Assembly: GCF_023055435.1 (NCBI RefSeq)
Contig: NW_025964223.1
Location: 51,088,001-51,152,000 of the forward strand
Source of the DNA: Haliotis rufescens
Lineage: Eukaryota
Direction of reading: 5' to 3'
Length of the DNA: 64,000 bases
A program made the position numbers and the translations under genes. A model generated the notes under the pieces. That model was not told the DNA's origin. It searched no databases and saw nothing but the letters and a program-made list of their open reading frames with translations. Positions 38,737-52,800 of the stretch are shown here, piece by piece (positions within the stretch are counted from its first letter, which is position 1; each line of letters opens with the position of its first letter).

Positions 38737-39007
38737 GACACGTGAAGATTCCGGGGTAGACTAGGTCTTCAGCAACCCGTGCTTGCCGTAAAAGGTGACT
38801 ATGCTTGTCGTAAAAGGCGACTAACGGGATCGGGTGGTCAGGCTCGCTGACTTGGTTGATGCATGTCATCGATCCCAATTGCGTGGATCGATGCTCATGA
38901 TGTCAATCACTGGATTGTCTGGTCCAAACTCGATTATTTAAAGACCGCCGTCATATAGCTGGAGTATTGCTGAGTGCGGCGTTAAACAACAAACCAACCA
39001 AACCAAC
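38737..39007 (+). mobile_element. SINE-like family A, full length
   Basis: TSD TACAGTGAA(G/A)TGG; the empty site is visible in the paralogous region at about 63485. Confidence 0.9.
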
Positions 39008-39418
39008 TACAGTGAAATGGATCCATGAAATTGTTAAGCGAACTTACGAATGCTGTAATGCAGAATCAAAGTTTAGCATTGAAATTTTGCAAATGAAGCG
39101 ACAAAACCCTTTCAATATCAAAAAGAAAACTCTGCATAAAGCATATTCGATTGTACGATTCCGACAATATCCTGAGCATGTGTTTATGAATCACTATCAA
39201 ATGGTGATGATACCAGCAAATCATGTCACACTCGTAGCCTGGAAAGGCAAAGGATCAGCTTTGAAAATATCTTTGCACTGAACAATTGAAAAATCCACCC
39301 TAAGTTGTTAAATTGAAAAGGTCATGATACTGTCTTAATGAACACGCTTATATGACTGACAAATAGAATATGTCCTTCTGTCACTTGGAATGTATGCAAA
39401 TAGGATGAGGAACACGGA

Positions 39419-39484
39419 TGAGGTGAGGTGAAATGGGGTTTAACGTCGCGTCCAAGATTATTGCACTTATATAGTGACGTGCTT

Positions 39485-39562
<78 letters not shown>

Positions 39563-39768
39563 CTGCTTGTACTAGTCCGGACTGTTGCCGATTTATAGTG
39601 CTAGCCCACTGAGATACCATGCGCAGTTAAACATGAATACCCCACTCAGACACAGTATACTGACTCCGAGCCGACCAGTCCTTGTTTTAGCCCCGTAATG
39701 TCGCGCGCCAGACAGGGTAACAACAAGTACCATCTTTTAACGTCTTTTGGTATGACGCGGCCGGGGAT
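39419..39768 (-). mobile_element. SINE family C with expanded internal (TG)n at about 39489-39561
   Basis: TSD GAACACGGATGA; the short internal CA tract of the family is expanded to about 36 units. Confidence 0.88.
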
Positions 39769-40545
39769 CGAACACGGATGAACTTTGAGTAAGTCCGTTA
39801 CGCCACATATCTTAACTGTTTTGATCTAGTTTATGAAGAAAGTCACTTTGGGTTAAAAATTGCTAAGTTAAAACATAAGAAAAACATTTCTTCTCCACAT
39901 GGTGGTGTTAGATATCCGAAACCCTCAAGTATTTAAAAAATAGGCAATGTTGAAAACGTGTTCGGTAATTGCCAGTTTTAGTGTTAAAAAGACCTATGTC
40001 ATACCTCGTCCTTTATTACATGGATTGACAGTCTATTTCCCTACCAAAGCCCTGATGCTACAATTACCCCATTGTCATTGTCTAAAAAGGGTAATTAAAT
40101 CAGGGGTTTAGTATGTAATCTCATGTGTGATTTCATTACGGAATAAGGCCTCCTCACGAAGCATTACTATTTGGTGAAACTTTTGCCAGGTCATGGAACA
40201 ACACAAAACTATCCAGGTCAAGAATAAGAACGTTGTCACGTCACATTACGTCGCCTATAACCGTATATAACCACCTATACATGTCGGTGTAACTACTATG
40301 CGGAGCTAGTGAGTGAGTGGATGCATTTGAGTGAGTTTCAGTAAGTGGGTGAGTGTGCGAGACGTGTGCTTTAAACAATATTCAGTTATGTGACTGCTTT
40401 CAGCTTGATGTTGAAAAGGCCGAAGTGTTACAGGTCTTAGACGTTTCTCACGTTGGCGAAACCAACGAACCGACACATTGCTGACAAACGTGGAAAGATA
40501 GGCAGGGCGAATCTGGGATTCGTACCACACACTGTACAATCACGA

Positions 40546-41068
40546 GGGTTTAACGCCGCTTTGAACAGTATTCCACTTATATCACAGAGGACCCGTGAAG
40601 ATTCCGGGGTAGAATAGGTCTTCAGCAACCCATGCTTGCCGTAAGAGGTGACTATGCTTGTCGTAAAAGGCGACTAACGGGATCGGGTGGTCAGGCTCGC
40701 TGACTTGGTTGATGCATGTCATCGATCCCAATTGCGTGGATCGATGCTCATGATAATAATCACTAGATTGTCTGGTCCAGACTCGATTATTTACAGACCG
40801 CCGTCATATAGTGGTAATATTGCTAGGTCCGGCGTTAAACAACCAACCAACCAACCAATATATCACAGAGTTTCAGCTTGATGTGGGAAGAAAGCCCGAG
40901 GTGATGCAGGTCTCAGACGTTTACCACTTTGGTGAAACCAACGAACACAGGTTTGTCCTGACAAACCTAGAAATATAATCAGGTTGAACCGGGATTCAAA
41001 CCCACCTGCCCAAGGGACGCAACTCCGCACAGCGAAATAGCAGCGTCTTAGACGACTGGGCCACCCGT
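40546..41068 (-). mobile_element. SINE family D interrupted by a nested family A copy
   Basis: Tail at 40546-40589, remainder at 40859-41068. Confidence 0.8.
40590..40858 (+). mobile_element. SINE-like family A, full length, nested
   Basis: Perfect 12-bp TSD TATATCACAGAG at 40578-40589 and 40859-40870. Confidence 0.92.
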
Positions 41069-41109
41069 GACGCTAATAATCCAATTTGTGAAAGCCAGTA
41101 TGAAACAAA

Positions 41110-44100
41110 TTTGTTCAAGTGGGAGGTGAGGCACCCTACCACAGTTCAGTGGATTTGCCTCCCTTCTACCAGTGTGTGTGGGGGTAATCGCAATCCGATC
41201 ACGTGACGCACGTGACTGCATCAAACCTCTTTCCGCAAACCCCAGCAAGCAGTCAAACGCATATCTCATAGGAAACATATTATTTATGATCTTAGTGTCA
41301 TTTCTTGTCCGTGCGTTTGGTAAGAAGAACGATGTCAGGTCGGAGATCGAGGAAGCGGAAGATCCAAGCACCTAGTGACCGGAGATCATCGTGGAAATCG
41401 TCTCGAGTCAACAAATCAACGAATCGAAGTTCTCAGCCCGGCGATGCAGACAACATGGCGTCAACTACCGTCCCCCGGTCGTCGTAGCCCGTCGACACGA
41501 AGAATGGATCAGGTGATGTATTACCTCATGTTTTCGATAATGGTGCACGATCTCATGTAGTGAAAGGATTAGATACGGTAGACACATCTTTATGGATAAC
41601 ATTTTTTTGATACTGTAAAAAGCGACGTTTCGGTATAGATCCTTATACCGTTGTCAAGCAAAGTTGCTTATACCTTTGCTTGACAAATCCATGTCAAATC
41701 CAAAGCAACCAAACAGAAAGTATCATTGGTTTACTAAATGACATTGGTAGGGTCCATTCCCATCGGCAGGGCCTTCCTACGTTTCGATCTGTGGTATTAA
41801 GAAACCTCATCATAAAGTTAGGGTTACTAGGAATATGACCTGGAACGTTTTATTGTTCCTGGATCAATGCTGGATTACCAATGAAGCATTACACCTCTAC
41901 ACAGACAGTGCATCAGGAGAGTCATGTGGGTTCGGGGCGTACTTTCATGGACGCTGGACCAACGGTTCATGGCCAGAACATTGGAGGACTTTAGGCCTAA
42001 CACGAAACATCACACTGCTGGAATTCTTCCCACTTTTTGTTGCGGTTAACATTTGGGCTGATGCCCTCGGGAGCAAAAAGTTGATAATAAACAGTAATAA
42101 CCAAGCAGTTGTTTCCATTCTGAACAAGCAGTCAACTAAATGTTAGAATACTATGCAGATTGTGAGACAGTTTGTCCTTCATTGTCTCAACATAAATGTA
42201 TTAGTCATAGGTCAGTATTTACCTTGTTTTAAAAACAGCATTGCAGATTCCTTATCTCGTTTTGATCCTCAGATCGCAGCTGAAACCAGAAGACAGAACC
42301 AAACCGACACCAGTACCCAAAAATCTGTGGCTTATCTAAAATCCAAGGCTTTTGTTTTAATAAAAGTATCAGTGTCGAGCAATACTCAACACAACTATGC
42401 AGCTGCATTAAGGTCATTTGACAAATGGGGCGGTCGGGTAGCCTGGTGGTTAAAGCGTTCGCTCGCCACGCCGAAGATCCGGGTTCGATTCCCGACATTG
42501 GTACAATGTGTGAAGCCCATTTCTGGTGTCCCCCGCCGTGATATTGCTGGAATATTGCTAAAAGCGGCGTAAAACAATACTCACTCACTCGACAAATTTC
42601 CTCACGACCATAAAGTACCTCTGATATGGCCTGCGCCGGTAGATTTCCAGTATGTCCAGGGAGGCCTTTGCAAGCTCAAATATAGTTAAGCATCTCTCAG
42701 CTCTTGGAAGACATGACAAAATAAATAGCCTGTCCGATCCTTATGAAAACCTTTTAGTTCACAAATGCATGCAGGGATACAGAAATACAGCAGCTCTGGT
42801 GTCGACGCCTGACACAAGACACTCAATCACAATTGACATGTTGAAGAGGCTTCCCAGGCCCTTCAGGCTATTTGTACATCAGGTTGTGAAGCTTGTTTAT
42901 TTGCTGCCATGTTTAACTTGGCAATTTTTGCATTCCTACGGATTGGTGAGAAAGCGCTAGTGTCTAAGGTGAATGAGAACAGAACACTGAAACTGACAGA
43001 TGTTGGTATCGGTGCACGGGCAGATGTTGTAACAACTCATTTTTGACAGAAATATGGCTTGTCGGCTCCAGCCTTATCAAATGGGCTCACCGAAGAGCAG
43101 TTGCAAGGCCAGTGGAATTGAACCGAGGTCTACAGAAGTATGGACTCAGCTTAACATGGTACGGGAGAAGAGGAATGAAGTGGAAATCATTGTTGCCATT
43201 TCTACAGCAAAAACGAGGCATTCTCCTCCACCAGCATGGCTCCTCCTTCATTTGGGAGGTAACGACCTCGGGGACTTGCCAACCACAGTACTATTACAAA
43301 CGGTGAGTCGGGATCTTACAAACATTCATCACATGATGTCCTAAACACAAGTCATATGGTCAGATGTTCTACAGAGTCACATGGCGGGGTAAACCAGACG
43401 GCAGAGTGATGGAGCAGAAGAGGAAGAGATTTAATATATTTGGTAGGAAAGGTGTACTAGACCTTGGAGGTCGCGTTCTCGGACACAATGAAATTAACAT
43501 AGCAGACAGGGGTTTGTTCAAACAGGATGGTGTCCACCTGTCGTACATTGGCAATTACATTTTCATGAACTCATTGCTGGGGTGTCTTGAGTTATTTGCT
43601 GGTTTGTTCGCGTCCGGGCGCTCATGTCAAATCTAGTGTCGCTTGTAGTCAGGTCTTATGCTTAATCCTCAGGGGAATGAGCTTGCTATAAACCATGCTC
43701 AGTGGCGGAGGTCGGGGCAGGCAACTCAGTTTTCTCATAAACACTGACTAACGGTAAGGAAGTTGAGCCTCAAGGTACTAACTGCACCTCATGTAGTGTA
43801 CAAAAACCACAGAGGATGGCAGTGTATGTAATGACACAAGATGGATGGACTCACGCCTCACGTTGTGTATAGCCACGGAGGATGAACTGAACTGTCATCT
43901 CTATTCTGGCCCATTTGGTCATGGTGTGTATATTCCGGCCCATTTGGTCATGATTTTGTAGTTACTCCATTGCGTCACGACGTGTACCCAGCTAAGCCTC
44001 GGACGCAAACAATCTAACCGCATTAGTTACACTGCTTGTCGCGACTTCCGCCTGTATTGTTATGTAATAAAGTTGCGCCCGCACCATGTTAAATTTTGTA
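41110..44100 (+). mobile_element. Ngaro/DIRS-type tyrosine-recombinase retrotransposon (internally deleted) with SGNH hydrolase ORF
   Basis: RT tail (IPIGRAFLR, KPHHKVRVT), RNase H (LYTDSASG..GFGAYF, LLEFFP, NNQAVV, NSIADSLSRF), YR N-terminal half (SSNTQHNY, DTRHSITIDML, FAFLRIGE), then SGNH blocks IWLVGSS, HLGGNDL, DGVHLS; AATAAA at about 44066. Boundaries approximate. Confidence 0.85.
42427..42590 (+). mobile_element. SINE family B inserted in the Ngaro recombinase ORF
   Basis: TSD GACAAAT at 42420-42426 and 42591-42597. Confidence 0.9.
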
Positions 44101-44974
44101 TTTCATTCACACTTAAACTACTAGTAATTAGTGGTAATATAATTAATGATTTTTGAATATATATCCTCCAGATGACAGCATTGCAGAAATCATCAACGAC
44201 TACTACTACATCTTCAGTAGAGCTCCTCCCACCATCACCAACGTTTGCTTCATGCGCGTCCTAGATCAACGACTACAACTACCTGCTGTCTGTTATGTAT
44301 AGGTGCGAGTATTGACATATCCAACTGCTCGTCGACTACAACATCAAATGACAAGCCATTATCTTGATTGCATTTACAATCCCATCAGTGGCAGATACGA
44401 TTAAATGTGTTTATAGTTTGTCTGCGGTGCATCGTCTGTTCTAGGTGTGACTGGAATCAGTATTTCTGTTGGCATTGATCGCACACAGCACGTAACACAT
44501 CAACAACTAATGTGCCAAATGCTGCGCAATTTGAAATATGTACACCACAGCATATGCCATTAAACACGCGGGGGGGGGGGAGTCACACTTTGCATCTAAT
44601 AGCCGTTCTCACGTTCGATTGGTTGGCTTGACTTAAATAATCTGGTCCTGACATATTTCATATTATTAAGTGTGGACACGTCCTGGTAGTATTACAGTGT
44701 CTGTATTACGGTAAGTTTGTTTATTTAATGGAAACTGGTCTTGTATTCATATGCAGAACTGATACTCGCCGACATAAGGATAACAGGAAATTTTAACGTT
44801 TAGTAATCTCTGGATCATTTTATCAAAATTTCTAAAAACTGTTGGATTGTGAAACAAACTTCCAAATCGTTAGGGGCGCCAACGTGATGACCGCACAGTT
44901 GTATTTCGAATATTCCGCTCCAGATACTGCTAACATTACGTCCAAACTGCACTACCGGTGAAAGGTCCCCTGCC

Positions 44975-46685
44975 ATGAGTGGACACGAAGACAAGGACCA
45001 ATGTCCCCCGGGGACATCAGAGGAAGCAGGAGCGGAGGTAGGGGTGTCTACTGGAGGCTGAAACTGTCAATACTAAAGGAGGACTTGTAGTCGTGTTCGC
45101 GTTTCTGTTGCTATAAATAAGAATCTATAAATCAAGAAAAATTGACCTTAGTCTTGGAAGTGTGGTGTTTGTTTGTGGGTTAAATCACTTTAAGGCGGCG
45201 ATCTGTATATTCGGATTTGGACCAGACAATCCATTGATTGAAAACATGAGCATCGATCCACGCAATTGGGATACGATGACATGCATCAACCAAGTCAGCG
45301 AGCCTGTCCACCCGATCCATTTAGTCGCCTCTTACGTTAAAACATAGTTTGTAGGGACTTATATTCGTACCTGGATCCAAACGGGTTAGGCCTAGAAGGT
45401 TTTTTCTATTCTATCAGTAGACTGGTCATTCGATTCGTGGTAAAACATGATTGATTCTTATTAACTTGATATACTGGTATGCTATACCATGAGGTATAGC
45501 AAATGGAATTCAGTCAGTAACGTGTTGTATAATGATCCGCGCCTCTATGACCACATTTTCCAATAATATATCAGGCAATGTTGTTTTTTGTCTACATAAG
45601 TTCGGGCTTTCCTCCCACATCAAGCTGACAACTGAAAGTACCGTTCATCGAAGCGTTAACCCCCGCGTTAAACTCATACATTCATCCGTATGCTAATTGT
45701 GCAATTTTACAACGGAGATTTGCTAAGTATTATATAAATAAGACCCCCGCAAACATGTACACATTAGCCCTGTTGGGGTTAATTTCGGTTTCGGAAATGG
45801 GTCTTAAATGGGTAACCCTTCTGGGCCCCGTTCGTGTTCCAACAGGGTCCATATGGGCATTTATTTTACAGCCTACATGCGACCATAGATGGCGTGTGTC
45901 TGTGATGGTGTTTATATGGTTTGTTCTCTGCATGCATATCATATGTAACCCTTTTGTGGCATCACTACATCATACATTAACACGGATGTAAAATAATATA
46001 TCTTATATATATTATGTATTTCATAAATATATGCGTTACAAAGGTAGAATTTAACCCATTCAAAAATTACTGCGCGGGTCACTTTTGTAAATTATTGTAA
46101 ACTCTTTATTTTAGCAAATGTTATGATTCAAATTCAACATAAAAATACTGAGTAAAATTTATCTCGGCCTAATTTATATTATCTTCAAGATGAACAATAT
46201 AGTTGAGCACAAGAACAAATGACAACATTGTACCGTATTTTAATAATGAGACAGACAACGTTCTTAACTCCAATAACGCAATCGGGTAGCCTCGGGTTAC
46301 AGCGTTCGCTCGTCACGCCGAAGACCCGGGTTCGATTCCCGACATGAGTACAATGTGTGAAGCCCATTTCTGGTGTCCTCCGCCGTGGTATTGCTGGAAT
46401 ATTGCTAAAAGCGGCGTACAACCACACTCACTCACTCCAATAACTAACGCAAACAGTCATGACAATAGTTGTCATTCAACACAAAGGACAACTGTTTTGG
46501 TTGTATTTTGTATTTTGTTTATTTACTTCCTTTATGAACAGCATTCATGCATAGTTCGACCTTTTTGTTGTGAAATGTTAACCTGATCCATGAAACCAAG
46601 GAAATAATGGGTTGTCCCTACTGTAAGTAAACGTTCCTGCTTTGATTACTAAAGAAATTACTTTGCCTGATGTGATTATATATAC

Positions 46686-46717
<32 letters not shown>

Positions 46718-46747
46718 ACATGAGTCTTTATCTCAGATAATTGTCAT

Positions 46748-46815
<68 letters not shown>

Positions 46816-49800
46816 ATGAGTCTTTCTCTCAGATAATTGTCATCATTGTAAAAGAAATAGTCTAAGTTACCAGAAGTCGTGGGCGTAGCTTTCACCTTTT
46901 GCAATTGTACAAGCAATTTGGAAACATGGATTGCGAAGACATTTTACGATGACGATCTGGGTATCAGTTCCCATAACTGTGCTTGTAGACCTCTGCCACT
47001 TGGTCGGCATTTTCCCGAATATGAGATAGTTTACTTTATTTAGTGGGCGGTTGGTTTGTTGTTTAACGCCGCACTCAGCAATATTCCAGCTATATGACGG
47101 TGGTCTGTAAATAATTTAGTCCGAACCTGACAATCCAGTGATTAATATCATGAGTATCGATCCACACAATTGAAATCGATGACATGCATCAACCAAGTCA
47201 GCGAGCCTGACCACCCGATCCCGTTATTCGACTCTTACGACAAGCATAGTCGCCTTTTGCGGCAAGCATGGATTGCTGAAGACCTATTCTACCCCGGATC
47301 TTCACGGGTCCCAACATGACGGAAAGTGTCCATACCTTGCTGTGTATCACTGTGACTACATTTCTTAACGAAATAACAGGCAGACTCTAAAGAAACGTGA
47401 TGCCTCATTCACTGGGTTCTGGCACTAGCCTGATTAGACACAGCGACGATTGACCGCGGGAACCAGCTAAGATGCCCAACAGACGGGAGTAGCCTCCCTT
47501 TGATAAAGGGAAATAACTCAAACCGGAGGTCCGATTGATTACCGCGAAAGGTGATCATTGACATTGTGTGTAGGCAATTGTGTTTTTGCCTACAAGGTTG
47601 TTAGGCTACTGCCTAAAAACCAGTTTCAGTTGAAACTACATTGTCTGTTGTCACTGTCCAATTGACTAAGCGCTGACCTTTTGACGCAATATATTAATCG
47701 CACATTCCAGGAAAACTTGCAATTGTGAGGAACCGTTTGTAATGATAGAATTTAAGCATAACATTATGTGATAAAGAGGTTGTAGATTTGTGAGTTTTGG
47801 GATGATAAATATCCTCTATGAGGAGTGAGTGAGTATTGCTTTACGTCGCTTTAAGCAATATTCCAGCAACATCACAACGGGGGACACCAGAAATGAGCTT
47901 CACACATTGTACCCATGTCGGGAATCGAACCCGGGTCGTCGGCGTGACAAGCGAACGCTATAACCACTAGGCTCACAAAACGTTCTCCCATTACACTGTT
48001 TATTCATAATACATTACGCAAGTAAACAACATCAAACAAACATGCATGATACATGACACTAGCCATCCAAATTCACACTCAAGTGATAACCGCTGTGCAT
48101 TAATATGAGTAATATTGGTTGGGACCTATGTTGAACCCAGTCGGCAAAACCCTTGACTAGTTTCTTCTCCTGGCCCACACTTAACGCAGGTGGGGCCATG
48201 TGTACATGCTGGCGCGGACGGTGGAGCAATTACTAACATCAAAAGATGAAGATATGTACACTGACGACGTTTTATTTCATTCACTGGCTTGATAACAATT
48301 TAAGAACTTCCAAAGAAACGTTGCTGACAATAGAACAAGGGGTTGATATCACTATACTCACAACTTACGTGTTTGTTCGCCGTTCATTTGGAACCATGTT
48401 GAACATTTATGAAATATGGTTTGTGAATATTTGTTACAATCACCAATTGTGATTAGGACAGATAAGTTTAACTCATTTTATGTAAGTGAGATATGTAGAT
48501 ATTTGTTACGTTTTTTCACTGTTTTAATTGCTTACATTGCCCAATATTTTTCGGCGCATCAAGTTTCCTGCCTTGGACCTACTTGCACAAAGTGATCTTA
48601 TCACTAAGACGATCGCAACTCCCTTTAATTTAACACTGATTTACGGCCGCCGTAGCTCCAAGGTCGCTTTTCAATACGGCGATAAACACAACTCACTCAC
48701 CCACTATCACAGTTCAGAACAACAGTAAATAACGACAAAACCTTTCCAACTAAATATGTCGCTGAAGTAGATTTTTAATGTTTCATCACAAATGCGTGTG
48801 ATTGCTTAATGCTTGTGCATACACAACAAGATTAACTATCAGTAGCAACGCATTAGTGATTCCATTTGATAGCTGTGATGCAGATTTAATTTTGTAACGA
48901 GCTTTACATTATACTAGTTCCACAGACAAACGCATCTAACCGTTATGGGTAGATTCAACCTTTCATGTCCTAACCGCGTGTATTAGCGGGTTCTTCTATG
49001 ATGTTCTGTAATGTCAGCAATTACTGGGGTGATAAACGTCATTGAGAGGACCCCACCCTTCACTCCCAGAACCGAGTGGACGGCCTGTGACTACTCTGTG
49101 ATATGGGGTATTGTTGTGTGTAGTCATTTCCATCCATTGTGACCCTGGGGAAGAATTAGATCGCCAATTGACCCCGAGCAGACAAAAGGGGATTGTTCGA
49201 TGGAGTTGATCGTCCCTCATTTCTGTAATCGACCGCCTACGTGGTCTAGTGGTAGATCGTCCGCCCGGAGAGCGGAAGGTCCGGGGTTCTATCCCCGGCC
49301 GCGTCTTACCAAAATACGTTGAAAGATGGTACATGTTGTTACCCTGTCTGGCGCTCGGCATAAAGGGGCTAAAACAAGGACTGGTCAGTATACTGTGTCT
49401 GAGCGGGGTATCCATGTTAAACTGCGGCATGGTATCTCAGTGAGCTAGCTATAAATCGGCATTAGTCGGACTAGTACAAGCGGCCACACACACACACACA
49501 CGTGCATCCACGTCGCAATATAGGTGCAATAATCTTGGACGCGACGTTAAGCACAATTTCACCTCAATTCACCATTTCTGTAATCTCTCGTGTGCCATTA
49601 TGTGCAGGCCGCGCTTACACAACTGGAAGACTCATTGTTGAAGCGTTGACAATGTACTGATCGGGTGGTCACCATTTCTGTAATCTCTCGTGTGCCATTA
49701 TGTGCAGGCCGCGCTTACACAGCTGGAAGACTCATTGTTGAAGCATTGACTATGTACTGATCGGGTGGTCAGGCTCGCTGACTTGGTTGATGCATGTCAT

Positions 49801-52800
49801 CGTATTTCAATTGCGTGGATCGATGCTCAAGATGGCAATCACTGGATTGTCTGGTCCAGACTCGATTATTTACAGACCGTCGTCGTTTTGCCTGACTCTT
49901 ACTGAGTGCGGTGTTAAACAACAAACAAACTCAAACTGTATCTCCTTGTGAAAGTTTCTTCCATATTTCAGGAATTTACCATGGACTACGGAACTGGGCA
50001 AGAACTGACCATCCCGACAGCCGATGCGATTGTAGATCCCCCTGATGGGGGAAAGGCATGGTGCTTAGTATTCTTTTCGCTGATTTTAGCATCTTTGACG
50101 GAAGCATTCATCGTTCTTCAGCAGCCGACTCTATTTTTGATGAAAAGTGCAAATATCTCATCTGGACAGAGCCAGGGGTTATTTTTACCTACCTTAGATT
50201 CTCTGTCAGCCGAAGCAAGAACAGTACTGGACACTTACAAGGCTCTGTTTTCCATATCAGGTATGCCATGAAAATAAATAATTAAATCAAAGTATATGCA
50301 TGGTCATTTTCAATCATCATTTATTCCGTTCAGACCAGCTATTGTTCTAGGAGAGGTATTATAATAGGGTGTGTTACATTACTCAAGCGACTTGCGACCC
50401 CAAGCTGAGTGCGGCGTAAAAAAACAGACAAACAACATTTAAATCCTGCAGTTTTTGAACAATAATTCAAACGCCTGTTGGTGTAAGAACGTTTATGCTT
50501 GACAGTGATCTGAATCTTCTTGTTAAGTCTATGTGAGTCAACGCAACGTTGCCGAAAGTCGAAGAACAACTTTAGTTTCTCTGTCACAATTATTGAATCT
50601 CATAAAATTAATTTAGCATTTAATTCTTTGGCTATGCCAATCACGTCTCCAACAATGTTTCCATACAATGTAACGTAAAAGGACAATAGAGCGTAGTATG
50701 TATGAGAATTGTTACCGTTTCTTGCAGTATAGGGAAGGTTTTGCTTTAATAGTTTTAAACCTGGTCATGTATTTTATGTTTTCGTTACCCCACCAACTAT
50801 TTAGCGAGCACTTAAAACAATAATGTTAAGCAATTATATTTGTATGAAAGGCCTTAGTTAATTGTTGCATGTGTTTGATCAATTTTCTTTTTTATCAATC
50901 CCGTTAAAGGAATACTTAGCGGCACTCTGACAGTCTTGATTGGTTACCGGTGGGTGGCGCTGATAGGAAGTGTTCTGACGGCCGTGGGATATCTCGGAGC
51001 CGCGTTTAGTGATCTTTCCAATGTCCATCTCATCTCCTTCCTATACGGGGCACTGCCAGGTTAGCTCTGTCCAATGGTATGTCAGTAGAGACTGCAACCT
51101 GAGCTTTACTTAATCATAATCGTTTTTTTGATTTTGACAATTGCAAAACATCTTTTTTGATCAGCTGATAACATGAAACTGACATGCCGAATTAAGTTTT
51201 AGCACGGTTGTGGAATTAAAATACAGGCCACACATATGCACATTTGAAGTGAATATAGATGTCACTTTTTTATTTTCCTTCAAAGTCAAGCTGGTAGGTC
51301 GTGAAATAACTGAAATGTCGTTCACAGTGGCGTGAAACCAAACTAACTAACTCACTCACAATGTTCTCAAACGTAATCAAAGATCAGCTGATCGGGTCAT
51401 TAATTAATATATTCTGTTGAGCTGAAAATGCTAAGATCGACTATAAGAAAGTTAAGACAGTCCTCTTATCATATTTCAGGTATGGGTCATAACCTGGTCG
51501 TAGTAGCATACATCACGGCAATACTGCAGTATTTTAGAAGGCGCCGACTGGTGGCTCTACTCATCCCTCATGTTGGTGTCATCCTGGGATCTATGGCTTT
51601 TTCCATTATGTCATTTCTCCTTTTTGGATCCCTTGGCATCAACAGCTGGAAAAGTTATCTGATATTTCAAGCGGGTGCTGCTGCTGTTATGATCCCGACT
51701 AGCCTTTTTCTGAAACCCCTCAATGCACGGATGAAAGGCCAAGCCAATCAAAGCCTAATATCTTATATGATGGGTATGGATGAACTGAAGGTCTTCCGAT
51801 CAACTCTGCTCTACGTCTTCGCTGCGGTCTGTTGCCTGTGGGGCGGAGGTAGGAAATAACGAACACCGAAAATATTCTGATAAAGAGAGAGAACCATACC
51901 GACAAAGAATTAGTAATATATACGTGGTGTTTATTTGTAGTTTTGAAATTTTGTGTTTTCAACAATAAACTTGTCTACTTTGAAATGAGTATTTGTCTTT
52001 GCGACAGCCTTTAATACTATCCCCCAAATTCTTGTTTCTGTAATGCCCAACCAAAAGACATCCCACCAAATTATAAATATCTCCACCCTACATTAAGGCA
52101 TTTCTCTTGGAACGTCTAATGTTTTCCCCTTGACACTTTGCATTGTCAGCCCATCACGTCCACCGACCTGCTTACTGAACTGTGTCTCCAGGAAAAATCA
52201 CGACAATTGGATAGATTTTAAAACACAGAATTACAATTGATCAACCAAGTTGTTTTCTATTTGAAGGTATCAGTGTCATTGAGGCCAAACTACCGAGTTT
52301 CAAGGGTCTACTCTGGTTCCTGCCCGCTGGACAGTTGTTGGTATACATCATATTGCTGGCCAGTCTCGTGGGCACGTGCTGCTCGTGCTGTATCTCCAGT
52401 AATATCCGTCTGAGGAGTGTGGTCATTGCGATGGTCGTCTTCAGTGGCATCCTGTTCCTCCTCAACATGATGGCCAGTCTGTTGTATGACTTCATCTATG
52501 CCATCTGCTATTCCATACTAGTCGGAGTGATAAAAGGTATAGAATCCATGTGAGGTCAATAGAGGTCTGTGTAATTATATAGGTTGTCGGGGGCACATAT
52601 GGCTCATTTGTCTAAAGCGTCGGAATTCCAGTAGAGTTTCAAGTCAATTAATCAAGCCAGAATCCTGATAATGGTAAACGCCCTGATTATGAACATATGT
52701 GTGACAGTACCATACTTGGGCTGGGTATACCCAAATGGCATTACTTAAAATTAAGACGTGCGTCACTTTGAGTGTCCGCCCGGGCATACTGTTCAAACCC

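Noticed and set aside
39381-39620. Poly-(Thr-His) ORFs (also 46728-46916)
   Set aside because: Translations of (CA)n microsatellites.
1888-41068. All seven well-preserved family D SINEs lie on the minus strand
   Set aside because: Small sample, plus-strand fragments exist (about 26975, 45600, 54755), and the other families show no such bias.
41110-44100. Split direct repeats or inverted terminal repeats of the Ngaro element
   Set aside because: No repeated terminal segments found by eye; the copy is deleted, so its ends are approximate.
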